Positions 30,324 to 64,000 of a stretch of 64,000 bases of DNA are shown in pieces. The notes beneath the pieces were generated by a model. The model ran no database searches. It saw nothing but the letters and a program-made list of their open reading frames with translations, and was not told where the DNA came from. The first letter of the stretch is position 1. Every line of letters starts with the position of its first letter. The DNA is from Amoebidium appalachense (Eukaryota > Protista > Ichthyosporea). The position numbers and the translations under genes are program-made. The stretch is from NCBI GenBank assembly GCA_963693365.1, contig CAVNZM010000013.1, positions 4,693,814 through 4,757,813 of the forward strand. The letters are read 5' to 3'.

Positions 30324-33300
30324 TGCGTGCATGCGTGCATGCGTGCATGCGTGCGTGTCTAAATGTGTTGTGCCAGTATAAGGGTGCATGCGCACGTACG
30401 CAAGGGCAGGTGTAAGAGGGGGGGGGGGGGGGGGTTTGAGTGTGTTCCCCCCCCTCCCCCCCCGCCCCCCGTCTCTCAACGTTTGTGCGCTAGGCTGTGA
30501 CGTGCAATACGTCTTTCAAGCTGTATGTATTCGTCTCGATATGCCATCATACGCCCAGCAGGTTGTTGTTCGTTGCATATGTTCGTGTTTGGTGCTGTGT
30601 TCCTCATTCCAACCTCCCCCCTCCCCCCCCCCCTCCCCCAATAACTCGGGCGCGTAGCTCATCGTTCACTGCCCCCTCTCCTGCTTGGACCTGGTTCACA
30701 CTATTCGGATACTAATACAGGGCCATCGTATTACACAGTGTTACAATATTACTGGCACGTACCCACCAACATCAAACTGACACACAATCAACAACCACGT
30801 ATCGTGATAGTGACGTGTCTTCATAATAAACAGAAGGTTCAACTATTCCGTGTTCATGATCAGTGGAAACCGAAACCGAAATCAAGTTTGATCTGAATTA
30901 CCGTATATAGGAACTTTTTAAACGAGAACCAATATTACAGAGTGTTACCGATCATGCGTAATCCAAGCACTGATTGGTGCATCTGCACAGGTCCACGACC
31001 GAGCCGCTTTCAGTGCGCAGGTTGAGCACTGGCTCTGAGGTGGGCTGCATCACGTGGGGCCTGCCGGTAAAGACTGTCTTCAACCTGGCCTTGGACTATA
31101 TCAATGCGGGTGAGTAATAATTCACTGAGTATTTGTGTGGGTGTAGTCGAATGATCAATGGGATAGTCGTGAGATATTTAGAGGAAAATTTGGAGTAGTA
31201 AAGGGAGGATAATGATGGGATTGTTATGGGATATTCTGTATCAATGCGGATGCGTATTGATGTGGTTGTATCGAAATTCCAATGGGATAGTCGTAAGCTA
31301 TTTAAGGGATTTATCGTGACTTGGGATAGATGCTGGTGGTGGATTAATAGGGTGTCTTTATTCGGGCCGTATCAATTTAGGTGCGCATTTGCATGGTTGT
31401 AGCAAAACTTCAAGGGGATAGTCGGGAGATATACAGGCAGCCGTGGGTTGGGATAGATGCTGGCGCGTGTGTATATGGTTGTAGCCACTTTTGATGGGAT
31501 AGCCTCGTAATACTAAGGGGGTTTATGTTGACTTGGGGTAGATGATATGCTAGTGGTGGATATATATGGTGTATTTATTTGGGCCTTGGACTATAAAAGT
31601 GCTGGTGTGTTTTGATGTGGTTGTAGCCAAATTTCAACGGGATAGTCGTGAGATATTCAAGGGATCTGCCGTGGGTTGGGATAGATGCTGGCGTGTATGT
31701 TTATGGTTGTAGGCACTTTTATTTGGATAGCCTCGTAATACTAAGGGGGTTTATCTTGACTTGGGGTAGATGATATGCTAGTGGTGGATATATATGGTGT
31801 ATTATTTTTCGGGCCTTGGACTATAAATGTGCTGGTGCCTTTTGATATGGTTGTAGGAATGAATGGAATAGTCGCTAGATATTCAGGGGATAATGTGGAA
31901 CGTGAAGGGAAGATTGGTGAAATGGTCAGACGATATTCCGAGAATAATGTGCAATGAAGAAGAAAAGATATCAGTGAGATGGTAAGGGGATATTCAGAGG
32001 AATATTGGCATTAGTGAAGGGAGAATATTAACGGAATAGCCAGAAGATAATCAGGCGATAGTCGAGGCTTGGAGTGGATAGATGCTGGTGTGTATGTACA
32101 TGGTTGAGCCAACTGTTGCTGGATAGCCGTGAGATAATCATGGGAAGATGTGCAATAGTTATATGACAATACGAATGGGATATCTGTTAGAAACTTACGA
32201 GGTGTTTGTGATGTGGGATGGCTTTGGGGATTAGATAAACGGGATAGTCGTGGGATACTAATAGCAAACATGAATATCTCCGAGTCTCCGTCGTAGCGGC
32301 TTGTCACGTTATCTCACAGACCTATTTTTGTGCAGAGTCCAGACACGTGCAGCTAACATATGCCGACCGCAACCTACTGTTTGCACTCAAGCGCCAAGCC
32401 CTCAAGGGCCCATATTCCCCCGACAAGATGCCCAACCTGGGCTGGTTCGATTGGGTTGGCCACGACATCAAGTATACCCCCCCCCCCCCCCCCCCCGCCC
32501 ACCATTGTTCTCCCCCCCCCCCCCCCTCCCCCCACCCACCCACCCCTTCCTCCCTCCCCTTCCCCCGTTCCTCCCTCGACTCTCCCCCTGCCCCCGTCGC
32601 TGGTGGTTCAAGGCCCCTACCCGAAAATAGGCTTCAATTTTGATGATAATGTGTGCGTGTATGTGTGTGTGTGTGTGCCTGCACGTGGGTGTGTGTTTCT
32701 TTATTTCACTGCCTCATGTCAACCGTTATGAATTCTATCGTATCCTGTGAACCAGACTGCCTGCAGGTGAGCATTTTTTATGGCGCTAAATTGGCCGCAC
32801 TGGTCATTGACCATAGAATCCCATCCATGGCTGAAAACCAAAACAAACGAAGTTGGTAAATCAAGGGGAACCAGATAAACCTATAAATTCCACAGTCTTA
32901 TCCGGGCATAAAACTTACATCACCAGTTTCTATCCGAGGGTTCTTCCCCTCTTCAGGGGAAAGTGGGAGGGGCTTGTATAGTATAGAATTACACATCTAG
33001 AGTTGGCTTGTTGTGTCGCCCTAAGGTTTCTTCCGTTTTCAGAGGCATCAAGTTTTTTTGTTTTTTTTTTGTTTTTTTTGGTTCCAAGGTCTTTTTTCCC
33101 GCCTCAGGCGCAAGTGGGAGGCGCTTGGAGAGATGGACGTCAACGATGCCATGTCGATGTTTTGCCGCACTCTTGAGGAATGCAGCGAGGACTGGAAGGT
33201 GTTTCTATTGGACGAGAAGAGACGCATCGACGCTGAGCTGAGGAGGGAATGGGACAGGCAGCAGGAGGTGGTGTGTATTCATCCCCATCCCCCCCCCCCC

Positions 33301-34094
33301 CCCCCCCCCCCCCCCTCCCCCCCTCCCCCCCCCCCCCCCCACTCCCCCGCTGCCGGAACCCCCCGAATGACGGGCCTGTTCAAAAAGTGTCTTCTGCCTG
33401 CACACTTAATTGTTTGATTTCGGGTTTCTTATTTTTGTGATGTTTTGTCGTGTGTCCTTTGGTGTTCCCTCCATACTTTCAACCCTCTGACGTATACACC
33501 CCCCCCTCCCCCCCCCCCCCCCCCCCTCCCCCTACCCCCCCCAAAAAAAACAAATTAGACCCCCGTTGATGATGGGATCTGCTTAGGGTGCTTACTACGC
33601 TTTGCTAATGTTGCATTGCTTGTATATACTCCCTTTGTGTGTTCGCATACCAAGTTGTGCCCTTGTGTGCTGCAACAAATTTCTCTTCGCTTAATTGTAC
33701 TTCGTACCCTACTCTGAATTCTAATCCTTTCCCCCCCCCCCCCCCCTCCCCCTCTCCCCCCTTTCCCCCTCCCCCCTCCCCCCGCCCCCTCCCTTCCCCT
33801 CCCTCCCCTCCTTTTTCCCCAGTTGTGAATGACTTGGGCTACCGCTGGGCAGGGGTCGTAGTCATGATGCATACTGTGTGTGTGCACTTTTTTGCAAGAC
33901 CTGTGTTTTGTTATCCGTCGTGAATGTGTACCTAGTACCAGAGTATGATTGCAAACCCTTCTCATCTCTCTCCACCTGTTACTGGCCTGTTCTTCCTATG
34001 TTTGCATAGTCGGTATTTGTCTCTGCATATCGGTCTAATATCCTGTTACGTGGGTTCGCTATGTAACGTGCTAGATAACACACATTCTGACCGC

Positions 34095-34129
<35 letters not shown>

Positions 34130-35334
34130 ACCCCCTCACCCGTCCGCCCATCTGCCCCCCTCCCCCCTCCCCCCTCCCCCCCCCTCCCCCCCTCCCCGCG
34201 TGTTCTCTACCCCTCACATCCTGTTGCTCAAACCCACGTGTGTGTCTGCACGTATGCAGCTGCGCAAAGCAGAAGAGGAAAGGCAGCGAGGGTTGGAGGA
34301 GGAGAGCATACGCCGCGTGGAGGAACAGAGAAGACTCAGGGAGGAAGAGGAGGAAAGGGAGCGGGAGAGGGAGAGGCTAAGGCAACTGGAGGAAGAGAAA
34401 AAGAAAAACGAAAAAAACGAAACTGAGCAACCACAAACAACCCACCACGATTCCTTCAACCCGCAAGACGCCGGCGGGGTAAAAAATTTTGCCGACGCAA
34501 CCGGCAACGATTCACAAGGGCACGAACACGAACATGCAAACAGTGAGTACGATCTGCCGTATGAGCAATGGATTGAGCAGGTTCGTGCGGACCCAAATGC
34601 GTGCCTGGTGGTGCCCCGAGGGGAGACGGTCATTGTGAGGGTGCCCATTGCTGAGGCAAATACTATGACTTGGTATGTATCCCCTTTCCCCCCCCCTCCC
34701 CCCCCCCCCCCCTGGAAAAAAAAAAAAAAAAAAAAGGTAAAAAGAGAGAGAAAGAGAAAAGAAAATTGTACATGGTGTTGGCAGGTGTGAACGTGTATTT
34801 GGTACTCTGTACACCCCCCCCCCCCCCCCCCCCCCCCCCCTCCCTCTTCCCTTCTTCCCCTCAGCTCATTTATAGGAACTAGGCCATGATGATGGGCTCT
34901 GTTCACGTGTCTCTCTCCTATACTTTTTTTTTTAATTTTTTTTTGGAAGGGGTGGGGTTTCCATTAGTTGTATAGTTGTTCTTTGTGAATTTTTGTGTTT
35001 TGTCTTATGATGATGCCTCCCTTTCCATAAGTCCAATCTCCAATGCTTCAAACCCCCCCCCCCCCTCTCCCCCCTCCCTTCCTCACCCCCCTTCTCCTCC
35101 CAAACACACACGCTCACTCCCCTCTGAGATGAGGCTTTAGTTTCCCTGCATATTAGTCGTCTGTATTCTTTTTGCATGGATGTGAAGGTACTAAAGATAT
35201 GTGCCACCCTCTAACCAAGCGATGATCCCCCCCTCCCCCCCCCCCCCCCCCCCCCCCCCCCCACCACCACCACCACCACCACCACCACCACCACACACAC
35301 ACCCTTCTGCCCTCCGGGCCCTTGATACAATATA

Positions 35335-35375
<41 letters not shown>

Positions 35376-35901
35376 TTCCCCCCCTCCAAACCCACCCACC
35401 CAACCGCCCTTTTTCTTTTTGCCAGAATAATTAGCAACTCATGCCACCCCTACCAACCTATACTCTCACTCTAGCAGTTGAACAACTTCCCGTGGCATTC
35501 CTCACCCTCCGGCTAACCTATCCATTCCCTCTGACCCAAATAGGTGGGAGTTCAACGTAGAATCATACGACATCAACTTTGGCGTGTCGTTTGAATACGT
35601 CAGCGAGGAGCACACACAAGGGGAGGAGAATGATATCGATGAACAGACGGACGAATCTGCTGACGACGGGGAAGAAGAAGATGAAGAAAATACGGGAAAT
35701 TTGGAAAATCCAAAAGAAATTGACCCCAAAAGTATCCGCACGATTAGAATTCTCCCGCTTCTACCCAAGATGGCATCAAAGACGGTTGTGAGGGGATGCC
35801 ACGTCTCGCCCTGCCCCGGCACGTACCTCTTGCACTTTGATAACAGCTACAGTTACCTTCGGTCAAAGACTTTATACTATCAGGTGTACGCCAAATCATG
35901 A
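27736..35901 (+). CDS. ACBD3: ACBD3/GCP60 Golgi protein (acyl-CoA-binding domain, charged coiled coil, GOLD domain); exons 27736-27971, 30012-30140, 30991-31109, 32336-32471, 33108-33267(or 33270), 34260-34672, 35544-35901
   Basis: Contains WGLPVKTVFNLALDY, ALKRQALKGPYSPDKMPNLGWFDWVG, KWEALGEMDVNDAM, VPRGETVIVRVP, WEFNVESYDINFGVSFE and PGTYLLHFDNSYSYLRSKTLYYQVY. This is collinear with remembered human ACBD3 and the intron phases are consistent. Confidence 0.93.
28300..29088. repeat. Near-identical ~390-bp tandem duplication in ACBD3 intron 1
   Basis: tacatgcccgtcc...gtagtcacagggagaagctg(x2)...taggatgatagaggaatg...tgtgattctt is present twice. Confidence 0.92.
31090..32270 (+). repeat. Degenerate tandem array (about 10 units) derived from the ACBD3 exon 3 donor junction
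   Basis: ggccttggactata (exon end) recurs at 31582 and 31812. ggttgtag and ggatagtcgt-like motifs recur about every 90-130 bp. Confidence 0.85.
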
Positions 35902-37463
35902 GTGGTAGGGAATCTTTAATTCTAACACGCGAAAACTGTTGCACAGAAAGTCACATACTCACAGGCCATTAAATGCATGCGCACCGATAATCTCGTCAAG
36001 GTAAATCAACGTGCTTTGCCGATTTATTGTTTAGTGGTCGTGATGGGCTTTGCAGGTGTGACATTGTACATAGCATATGGTGAGTATATACAGTAACCCA
36101 AAGTAGATAATAGTTATCATTTTATTTGCAGTGTGTATGTGCTTAGGGTGTGTGGGGAGAGAGAGTCCCCGGGGGGGGGGGGGAGGGGGGGGGGGGAGGG
36201 GGGAAGGGGGTGGTCAGAGTTTTGTGTGCATGTGTCGTGTTTGACAAGGGGCTTTGGGATTTGCAGATGAGCCCGTCCCCCCCGGGGGGGAAGGAAGAGG
36301 GGGGGGGGGGGGGGGGGGGGGGGGGAAGAGAGAGAGAGGATTGTGTGTGTGTTTGTGTTTGTTTGTGTGTGTGTGTATTAAGGGGGGGAGGAAAGGGGGG
36401 GGAGGGGAGGGGATATACTGTTTGTGGGTGCCTGAATGATGCTGCCACATGCATACATGTATATATTGTGCTCTACTACAGGCACCGTGTTCCTTTGTAT
36501 AGTAGATCTTGCTTTCTCCGAGTCTTAGACTAAAATATGGGTGTTAAGCATTAGCAAAGTAGACGCAAAACGGAGATACTATTGGTGACATGCATATTGC
36601 GCTGGGCGCTATTAATATCTCGACACCCCTTGTGTTAGCTATTTTTTTGCCCTACAATCAAATCATATCACTATTGGTTATATTCAGCGCTGCTGGTGTA
36701 TACGTAAATAAATAGCCACTGCTATAGCATGTTTCACGTGCGCGGCAACTTTTACGTGTAAATTTATTTATTGACGTAGATGTGGCTGTTTGAAAACTTC
36801 TGCCTGGCACAGCTATCTGGCACAACACCCTGTCAGTGAGGCCATGTACAGAGCTTACCTACAACTTTAGTCTACGGAATTTTAAAGCCGATGACAGCTT
36901 ACATGTGCATCCACAAGGCAAATTTAAAGCTGATCATGAGTCATGGCCATATGCATGTTGTCGACTTGCAACATGTGGTCCAACTTGACATGCTACAAGC
37001 AACGAACTGCCGGTTTTTGCTTTTTTAAAGCAACTGGCCATGCAATGTTTCCCGTGTGCATGGCATCGTTCGCGAGAATGAATTGTCTTGCACATGCTTT
37101 GCAACGATTGGTTTCTTGACTATCATCGTTATCATTTCACATACAGCACTGGGGTTTAGTCTCTTGACTATGATCTCATTATTAGTTCACATACAGCACT
37201 GGGTGGAGCAGTACCGTTAGCTTGCAACTCGCGAATAAATGCATATATGTCTGCATCATGACTGCACCAAGATTTTCAACCCGTCCATCCTGACACACGT
37301 TCACCATGGTGATCGACCTCAACTCCCCGGGCCCGTCCTTCCGTTTGCAATTGCTGCCGGCCCACTTTTCCTGAAATTGTTAAATCTCATGACCTCATAT
37401 GACCAGTGTTGCATACTGGAAGTGCGGCGGGAGGGAAGGGGAGGGCGGGGGAAAGAAGGGATG

Positions 37464-37494
<31 letters not shown>

Positions 37495-37855
37495 AGGCGG
37501 AGCACCGGTTGCCAGGGGTTCCCACCGGGCAGATCTGGTCAAATACAGTGGTTACGTTATCCTTGAATTTCAAAACTATCCAATATAAAAACAGGATACC
37601 AAGCTGATATAACCAATGAAAATAAACAATAAGCGCCCATTTGTTATCCCTAAAAGCGATGTAAAGTTTTTTTTTAATACTTTATTGATATGCTCAGCAA
37701 AATAGAAGCCATCAAGATATCACAGATATCTCAGAGAAGAAAATACAAAAGCCCTCACTCTCGGATATGGAGGAGATAACGACTCAAATAATCATACACC
37801 CTAGAAAACTCGTTAAACATATGGTGATTCAACAGATAGTCAATAGACGTAATAT

Positions 37856-39482
37856 TTTTTTTATAATGACTTTATTGATATGCTCATGAAAGAGAAGCAA
37901 GCCGGAGATATCACAGATATCTCAGAGAAGAAAATACAAAAACCCCTACTCACGGATACGGAGGAGATAACGACTCAAATAATCATACACCCTAGAAAAC
38001 TCGTTAAACATACGGTGGTTTAACAGATGGTCAATAGAAGTAATATCAGGATTATCTAAATAAGCTAGTCTTCGAATTTCTAACGGAAGAATCTGAGATA
38101 AATAAATACATTTATCTAGATCTAGATGTTTGCGAGAAAAAGGTTCTGCACAAAAGTGACACGAACATTTATGGAAACTAAGGCTACAACGCCAAAATAA
38201 ACATTTCCAAGCAATATCACACGAAGGGGTTAGAATGGCAAAATCGGCAAGTGTGGTAGGTTTACGAGAGGAAGGATGAATATAAGTAGCTAATTTACAT
38301 AACGACTGTAGAGAAAATAGACGAGTCTCTAATATAAAAAGAAGCACAGGCTCAAGAGTCCGACCATGATACTCTTTATCACAACGATAAAGTAAAGCAT
38401 ATTGAGTATGAAACCAAGAAGTAACCGTTGTGCTGCTGATAAATAGGGGAAGAGAAAAATAAAGGAGACAAATATTAAAAAGGATATCTCTGAATGGGAG
38501 ATAGATTGGGTACAGGACATTTCGCACGAACATTAGAAATGGGAACAGGGTCTAAAGAAGGAAAGAATTGCAACAACTTGATAAGAAGGAAGCCTAACCA
38601 AATGAAAACAAAAGCGAAGGCCTAACTCATTCATGCTGACTCGCCGGAGGGAGACCAAAAACACTCAGCAAAGGAGCCGCCAGAGGATGCCTACACGAGG
38701 TCCGAGAGATGAACTGGATGAATTCACGCTGAAAGGAATCGAATTCCCGAAGCGCCGCGCGCTGTTGCCGTGGAGGGGCACACAAGAGTAACGGGAGGCC
38801 ATATTCGAAACATGGACGAAGAAAAACTTTATAAAGAGTGAGCAGATTAGCAGGATGGACGTTAGAAATACTTGCGAAAATGCCTTGATAGATGTGTAAA
38901 CGACCACGCGCACGGGAAATGCGCGAAGTCAAAAGGCGCTCAAAGCAAATACCCTTAGAGGTGAAAGGAATACCTAAATAATCATAGGAGGACACAACTG
39001 GGATAGGTTCATTGTTCAAAGTGTAGTGTGCATGGGGGGAAAGGTGCCGCATTTATCTATCCCAATTTTCATGAAATTTCGGAACACCAATCATCTACTC
39101 GAGAAAGCATGGTAGTCATAATAGAAGGATCATGAGTGACTTAAACTATATCATCAGCGAAAAAAAGGCCGGAAACACAAGAGTCGCCTGCAACGGGAAA
39201 TTGTTGAATTTCTAAGCGCTAAGTCGTCAATAAAGACATCAAAAAGGAGGGGACTCAAAAGTGAGCCCTGTAAAAGGCCTCGTGTACGACTGAATCCGTT
39301 ACTCAGTACCCCATTCACAACGGCAGCCCCATGGGTGCGGTCAAATAAAGGCCTGAAGTAGTCGACCAAAGGGAAGTGGGAGCCCTTGAGTCGCCAACTT
39401 ATGCCAAAGCAATTCGTCGGAACCGTGTCGTAGGCATTCTTAAGGTCGATGAAGCAAACCTCGCGACATCCCGAACGGATAG
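37856..39482 (-). mobile_element. LINE-B copy, 5'-truncated within RT and frameshifted; 3' part of the chimeric insertion
   Basis: Contains CFIDLKNAYDTV, RGLLQGSLLSPLLFDVFIDDL, frameshifted FADD, YDYLGIP, FEYGLPLL and CHFCAEPFSRKH, then AATAAA and an A-tail at 37855-37862. Confidence 0.92.
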
Positions 39483-39674
39483 AAAAAACTTTCCGGAATA
39501 GCCAAGGCATCCGATCCTTGACTACCCCGGTTGGAGTTATAGCTTAGAGGGCCATTGCCATAGTTCTGCACCCGGCATCAGGGCATCCGATCCCCAATGC
39601 GCTACATCCCGGGATACGAACCAGGTGCCTCAGCCCTCAGGGCCTGCGTCGGAGGCGAGTTACCCGCTGGGCCA
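39483..39674 (-). ncRNA. Retrocopy of a tRNA-derived Pol III-type RNA/SINE (~190 nt) with twin identical-loop hairpins
   Basis: The - strand has an A box TGGCCCAGCGG (39674-39664), a B-box-like GGTTCGTATCC (39622-39612), hairpins at 39600-39575 and 39530-39493, and TTTTTT (39488-39483). Confidence 0.72.
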
Positions 39675-41243
39675 TCAGGATTATCTAAGTCTGCCAGTCT
39701 TCTAATTTCTAACGGAATAATTTGAGATAAATAAATACATCTATCTAAGTGTTTACGAGAAAAAGGTTCTGCACAAAAGTGGCACAAACATTTATGGAAA
39801 CAAAGGTTACAGCGCCTTAAAACAAACATTTCCAAGCTATATCACAAGGAGGGGTTAGAATTGCAAAATCGGTAAGTGTGGTAGGTTTACGAGAGGAAGG
39901 ATAAATATAAGTAGCTAATTTACACAACGATTGTAAAGAAAATAAGCGAGTCTCTAATATAAAAAGAAGCACAGGCTCAAGAGCCCTACCATGATACTCT
40001 TTATCACAACGATGAAGCAAAGGATATTGAGTATGAAACCAAGGAACATATACTGCTGATAAATAGTAGAAGAGAAATATAAAGGAGATACGTATTTAAA
40101 AGGATATATATTGGAATGAGAGATAGATTGGGGATAGGACATTTCGCACGAAGATTAGAAATGGGAACCCTAGGTGCTAAAGAAGGAAAGAATTGCAACA
40201 AAGGATGATAAGAAGGAAGCCTAACCAAATGAAAACAAAAGCGAAGTCCTAATTCATTCATACGCTGACGCGCCGGAGGGAGACCAAAAACACTCAGCAA
40301 GGGAGCCGCCAAAGAATGCCTACGCGAGGTTCGAGAAATAAACTAGATGAATTCGCGCTGAAAGGAATCGAATTCCCGAAGAGCGGCGCGCTGTTGCCGT
40401 GGAGGGGCGCACACAAGAGTAACGGGAGGCCAATTCGAAACATGGACTAAGAAAAACTTTATAAAGAGTGAGCAAATTGGCAGGATGAATACTAGAGATA
40501 TTTGCGAGCATATCTTTCCGTCGAATAAATCCAGTCAAAAGAAAAAAATATTCCTTGATAGATATGTAAGCGACCACGCGCACGAGAAATGCGCGAAGTC
40601 AAAAGGCGCTCAAACCAGATACCCTTAGAGGTGAAAGGAATACCTGTAAATAGTCATAGGAGGACACGAGGGAAGTCCCTCTTATGAATTTATAATTTGA
40701 TTGTTTATCCAATCAAGTTCGCATATCTATCAAGGCCTCCTAGTTGTATCTAGGAGGCCTTTATCCAACTGAGCCGCGCAAACTTCCTCCCCTGCTTTTC
40801 CGATCGATGATTCGATCAAGCAAAAGTACAAGTAGGCAAGTCGCTATTATTTTAGAAGCTGATGTTATATAAAATATAATATAGTGATTAGCGAAGTAAA
40901 CATGCCCATCGCGCACAAGTATTGGTGTTAGCAAACGTTAGCCATGACCTAGGGATGTACCCAACACAAGTGTAGGAAACAGCCACAATTAACAGTTGGG
41001 TGCAAGGTGCATGTTATACGGTGCTGAGGAAAATAGGCAAGAGGAAGTGATTACCTTTCTGTGTTAGTTGCGGGACCAGAAAGGTCGTATTATCGTTTGG
41101 ACATGAGTCTATAGCAGATATGACCTATATTTTCAGTCTTCAGGTATGTTCGTGCGGGTTTGTGCATGTGGGTGTGTGCGGGTTATCAATGCTCTTTGTA
41201 TGTGTCTAGGTGTGCACACGCGCATGTGCGTGTGTAGCTGTCT

Positions 41244-41280
<37 letters not shown>

Positions 41281-41284
41281 CGTA

Positions 41285-41340
<56 letters not shown>

Positions 41341-41920
41341 TGTGTGTCACGATGTGCGGGGTGGATGTTCTTAAAAAGGAGGAGATTCGCGTGTGTCTGA
41401 TGGAGATAAGTTGGGATGGGCGTGTGCATGTGTGTGTGTGTTCTTTGTGTGTGTGCGTTTGTGTGTGTGCTGTTGTGTGTTTGTGTTTGTGTGTGTATTT
41501 GCGTATATGTTTTGTGTTTGTGTGTGCATGTGTGCGTGTGTGTGTACTTGTGTGTGTGTGTTTGTGTGTGTGTGTCTGTGTGTGTGTGTGTGTGTGTGTC
41601 TGTGTATGTGTGTGTGTGTATGTGTGTGTGTGTGTGTGTGTGTGCGTGCACGTGCACGCGCGCGTACGCCCGTGTGTGGAATATGATGGACCGGGGTGTA
41701 TGCATCCACATCTCTGTGCATGGGTGTATGTGTGTGCAGCTTCTTTGTGTATTTTTGCTTTGCTAAATGCAAAGCCCTCGCGACAACACCAGCATTTGCT
41801 TGCATCTTGCCGCAGGCACACATTCTTGGTTAAGTTCATGCACTTCTCTGTTATTTGTGTGTGTGTGTGTGGGTATGTGTATGTGTGTGTGTGTGTGTGA
41901 GTGTGTGTGTCTGTGTGTGT

Positions 41921-41963
<43 letters not shown>

Positions 41964-42433
41964 CGTACGCGTGTGTGTATGTATGTGTGTGCGTGCGTGT
42001 GCGCTTGTGTGTGTGAGCGCACACACACGCCCACACACGCCCACACAAAAGGCACGGGTAGGTAGTGTTTATAAAGGGGCAAAATTTTTGACTGCGCGTG
42101 GGTTCCTGGATCTCTCCAGTGACTTTAAGGTGGATGTGTTATACACTGTCTCTGTTCCTCTGTTTGGAGGTGGCACATGGAAAGGGTTTCAAGCGTGGCC
42201 TGTGTATATGTCGGTAGACGTTTATGTGTCCATGGGACCCCCCGCCCCCCCACACACACCCACCCACACACACACACATACACCCCCCCCCCCCCCCCAC
42301 ACACACACACAAAAACACACCCACACCCATACACACACACACACACGACACACACACACACACACTCTCTCTCTCTCTCTCCCTGCGGGCGGGCGCTCTC
42401 TCTCCCCCCCCCCTCCCTCCCTATCTTTCTCTG

Positions 42434-42559
<126 letters not shown>

Positions 42560-43209
42560 GCAGACTCCCTCCCCTCTTTCCCCCCCCCCCCCCTTTCCCC
42601 CGTGGGTTCCCCCCGTTCCCCCTCTCTCCCCTACCTTACACTCTCCCTTTCTTCTTCCACCCGCCACCTTCCACTACCATACCCCCTCCCCCTCCCCTCC
42701 CTCCTCCTTTTCTCTCTCTATCATTGTGTGTGTACCTGTCTATGCACACATGCGCCGACCTGTATGTGCCGGCTTACCTTGCTGTCTGCATGCGCTTGCC
42801 AGTTGACCCATGCTGCCATGTTCCTGCATGTGGTTTGGTGCTTGGAATTTGAGTCCGCATAGCACAGAGGGAGATGCAGGGATCCTTGGGGGGGGGGGGG
42901 GGGGGGGGGGGGGAGCCCTCCCCCCTCCCCCTCCCCCTCCCCCCGGCCGACCCCACATGGGGATATACTCTACTCATGTTGCATACATTGTGCATGTGCA
43001 TTGGGTTATATATTGTGAATCTCTACTATGCACCATGTACCGTAGTCTTACCCTTCTTATCCCCTTCCCCCCCCCCCCCCCCCCCCCCCGTTTTTCTCCG
43101 ATGCCATCCCTCTCTCCCCCTTCCCCCCCTCCCCCCGACAGGCCTAGTGTTATACCTCCCACCAGCGCTGGAGGGGGGGTTTTAGGCCACACACAGTGAA
43201 AATACGCAA

Positions 43210-64000
<20,791 letters not shown>

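Larger units (their letters stand above)
37667..40667 (-). mobile_element. Older 5'-truncated LINE-B copy (37667-37855 plus 39674-40667) split by a nested chimeric insertion
   Basis: The left piece ends caatagacgtaatat and the right piece starts atcaggattatc. These are contiguous in the intact B sequence at 14241-14265. The A-tail is at 37667-37675. Confidence 0.9.

Noticed and set aside
31110-32270. CRISPR-like array
   Set aside because: Units are degenerate along their whole length, have no unique spacers and derive from the adjacent exon junction. There are no cas genes and the context is eukaryotic.
39600-39680. Functional tRNA gene
   Set aside because: The 5' acceptor strand is missing and there is no canonical anticodon arm. 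Only the promoter boxes and a T-arm-like stem are retained.
37667-40667. Four-part serial template-jump product
   Set aside because: The outer LINE-B pieces rejoin exactly into one element, so this is a nested insertion of a two-part chimera.

Overview
This is eukaryotic DNA, intron-rich and saturated with (CA)n/(GT)n, (GA)n and C/G/A homopolymer runs. Nearly all ORFs in the supplied track are microsatellite artefacts. By splicing exons manually (GT-AG, phase-checked) I recover four conserved genes: the 3' end of a USP36/USP42-like gene (+), AIP (-), ACBD3/GCP60 (+) and the 5' 25 exons of a RalGAP-alpha gene (+). There is also an unknown Ser/Thr-rich gene or pseudogene (-). This gene set suggests a holozoan, probably unicellular (inference only). 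Two related non-LTR retrotransposon families (A and B) are present, twice as nested insertions. The most notable observations are: (1) a ~190-nt tRNA-headed Pol III-type RNA with two hairpins carrying an identical 8-nt loop, fused at its oligo-U terminator to a 5'-truncated LINE and inserted as one unit; (2) recurrent arrays of degenerate 'decoy' copies of exon boundaries; (3) a strand-polarised intron grammar in which weak donors are followed by C-runs or (GT)n and several acceptors are preceded by (CA)n; (4) a LINE family that ends in TAAACCC ~195 nt beyond an internal poly(A). All homology calls come from remembered protein motifs, not from database searches.
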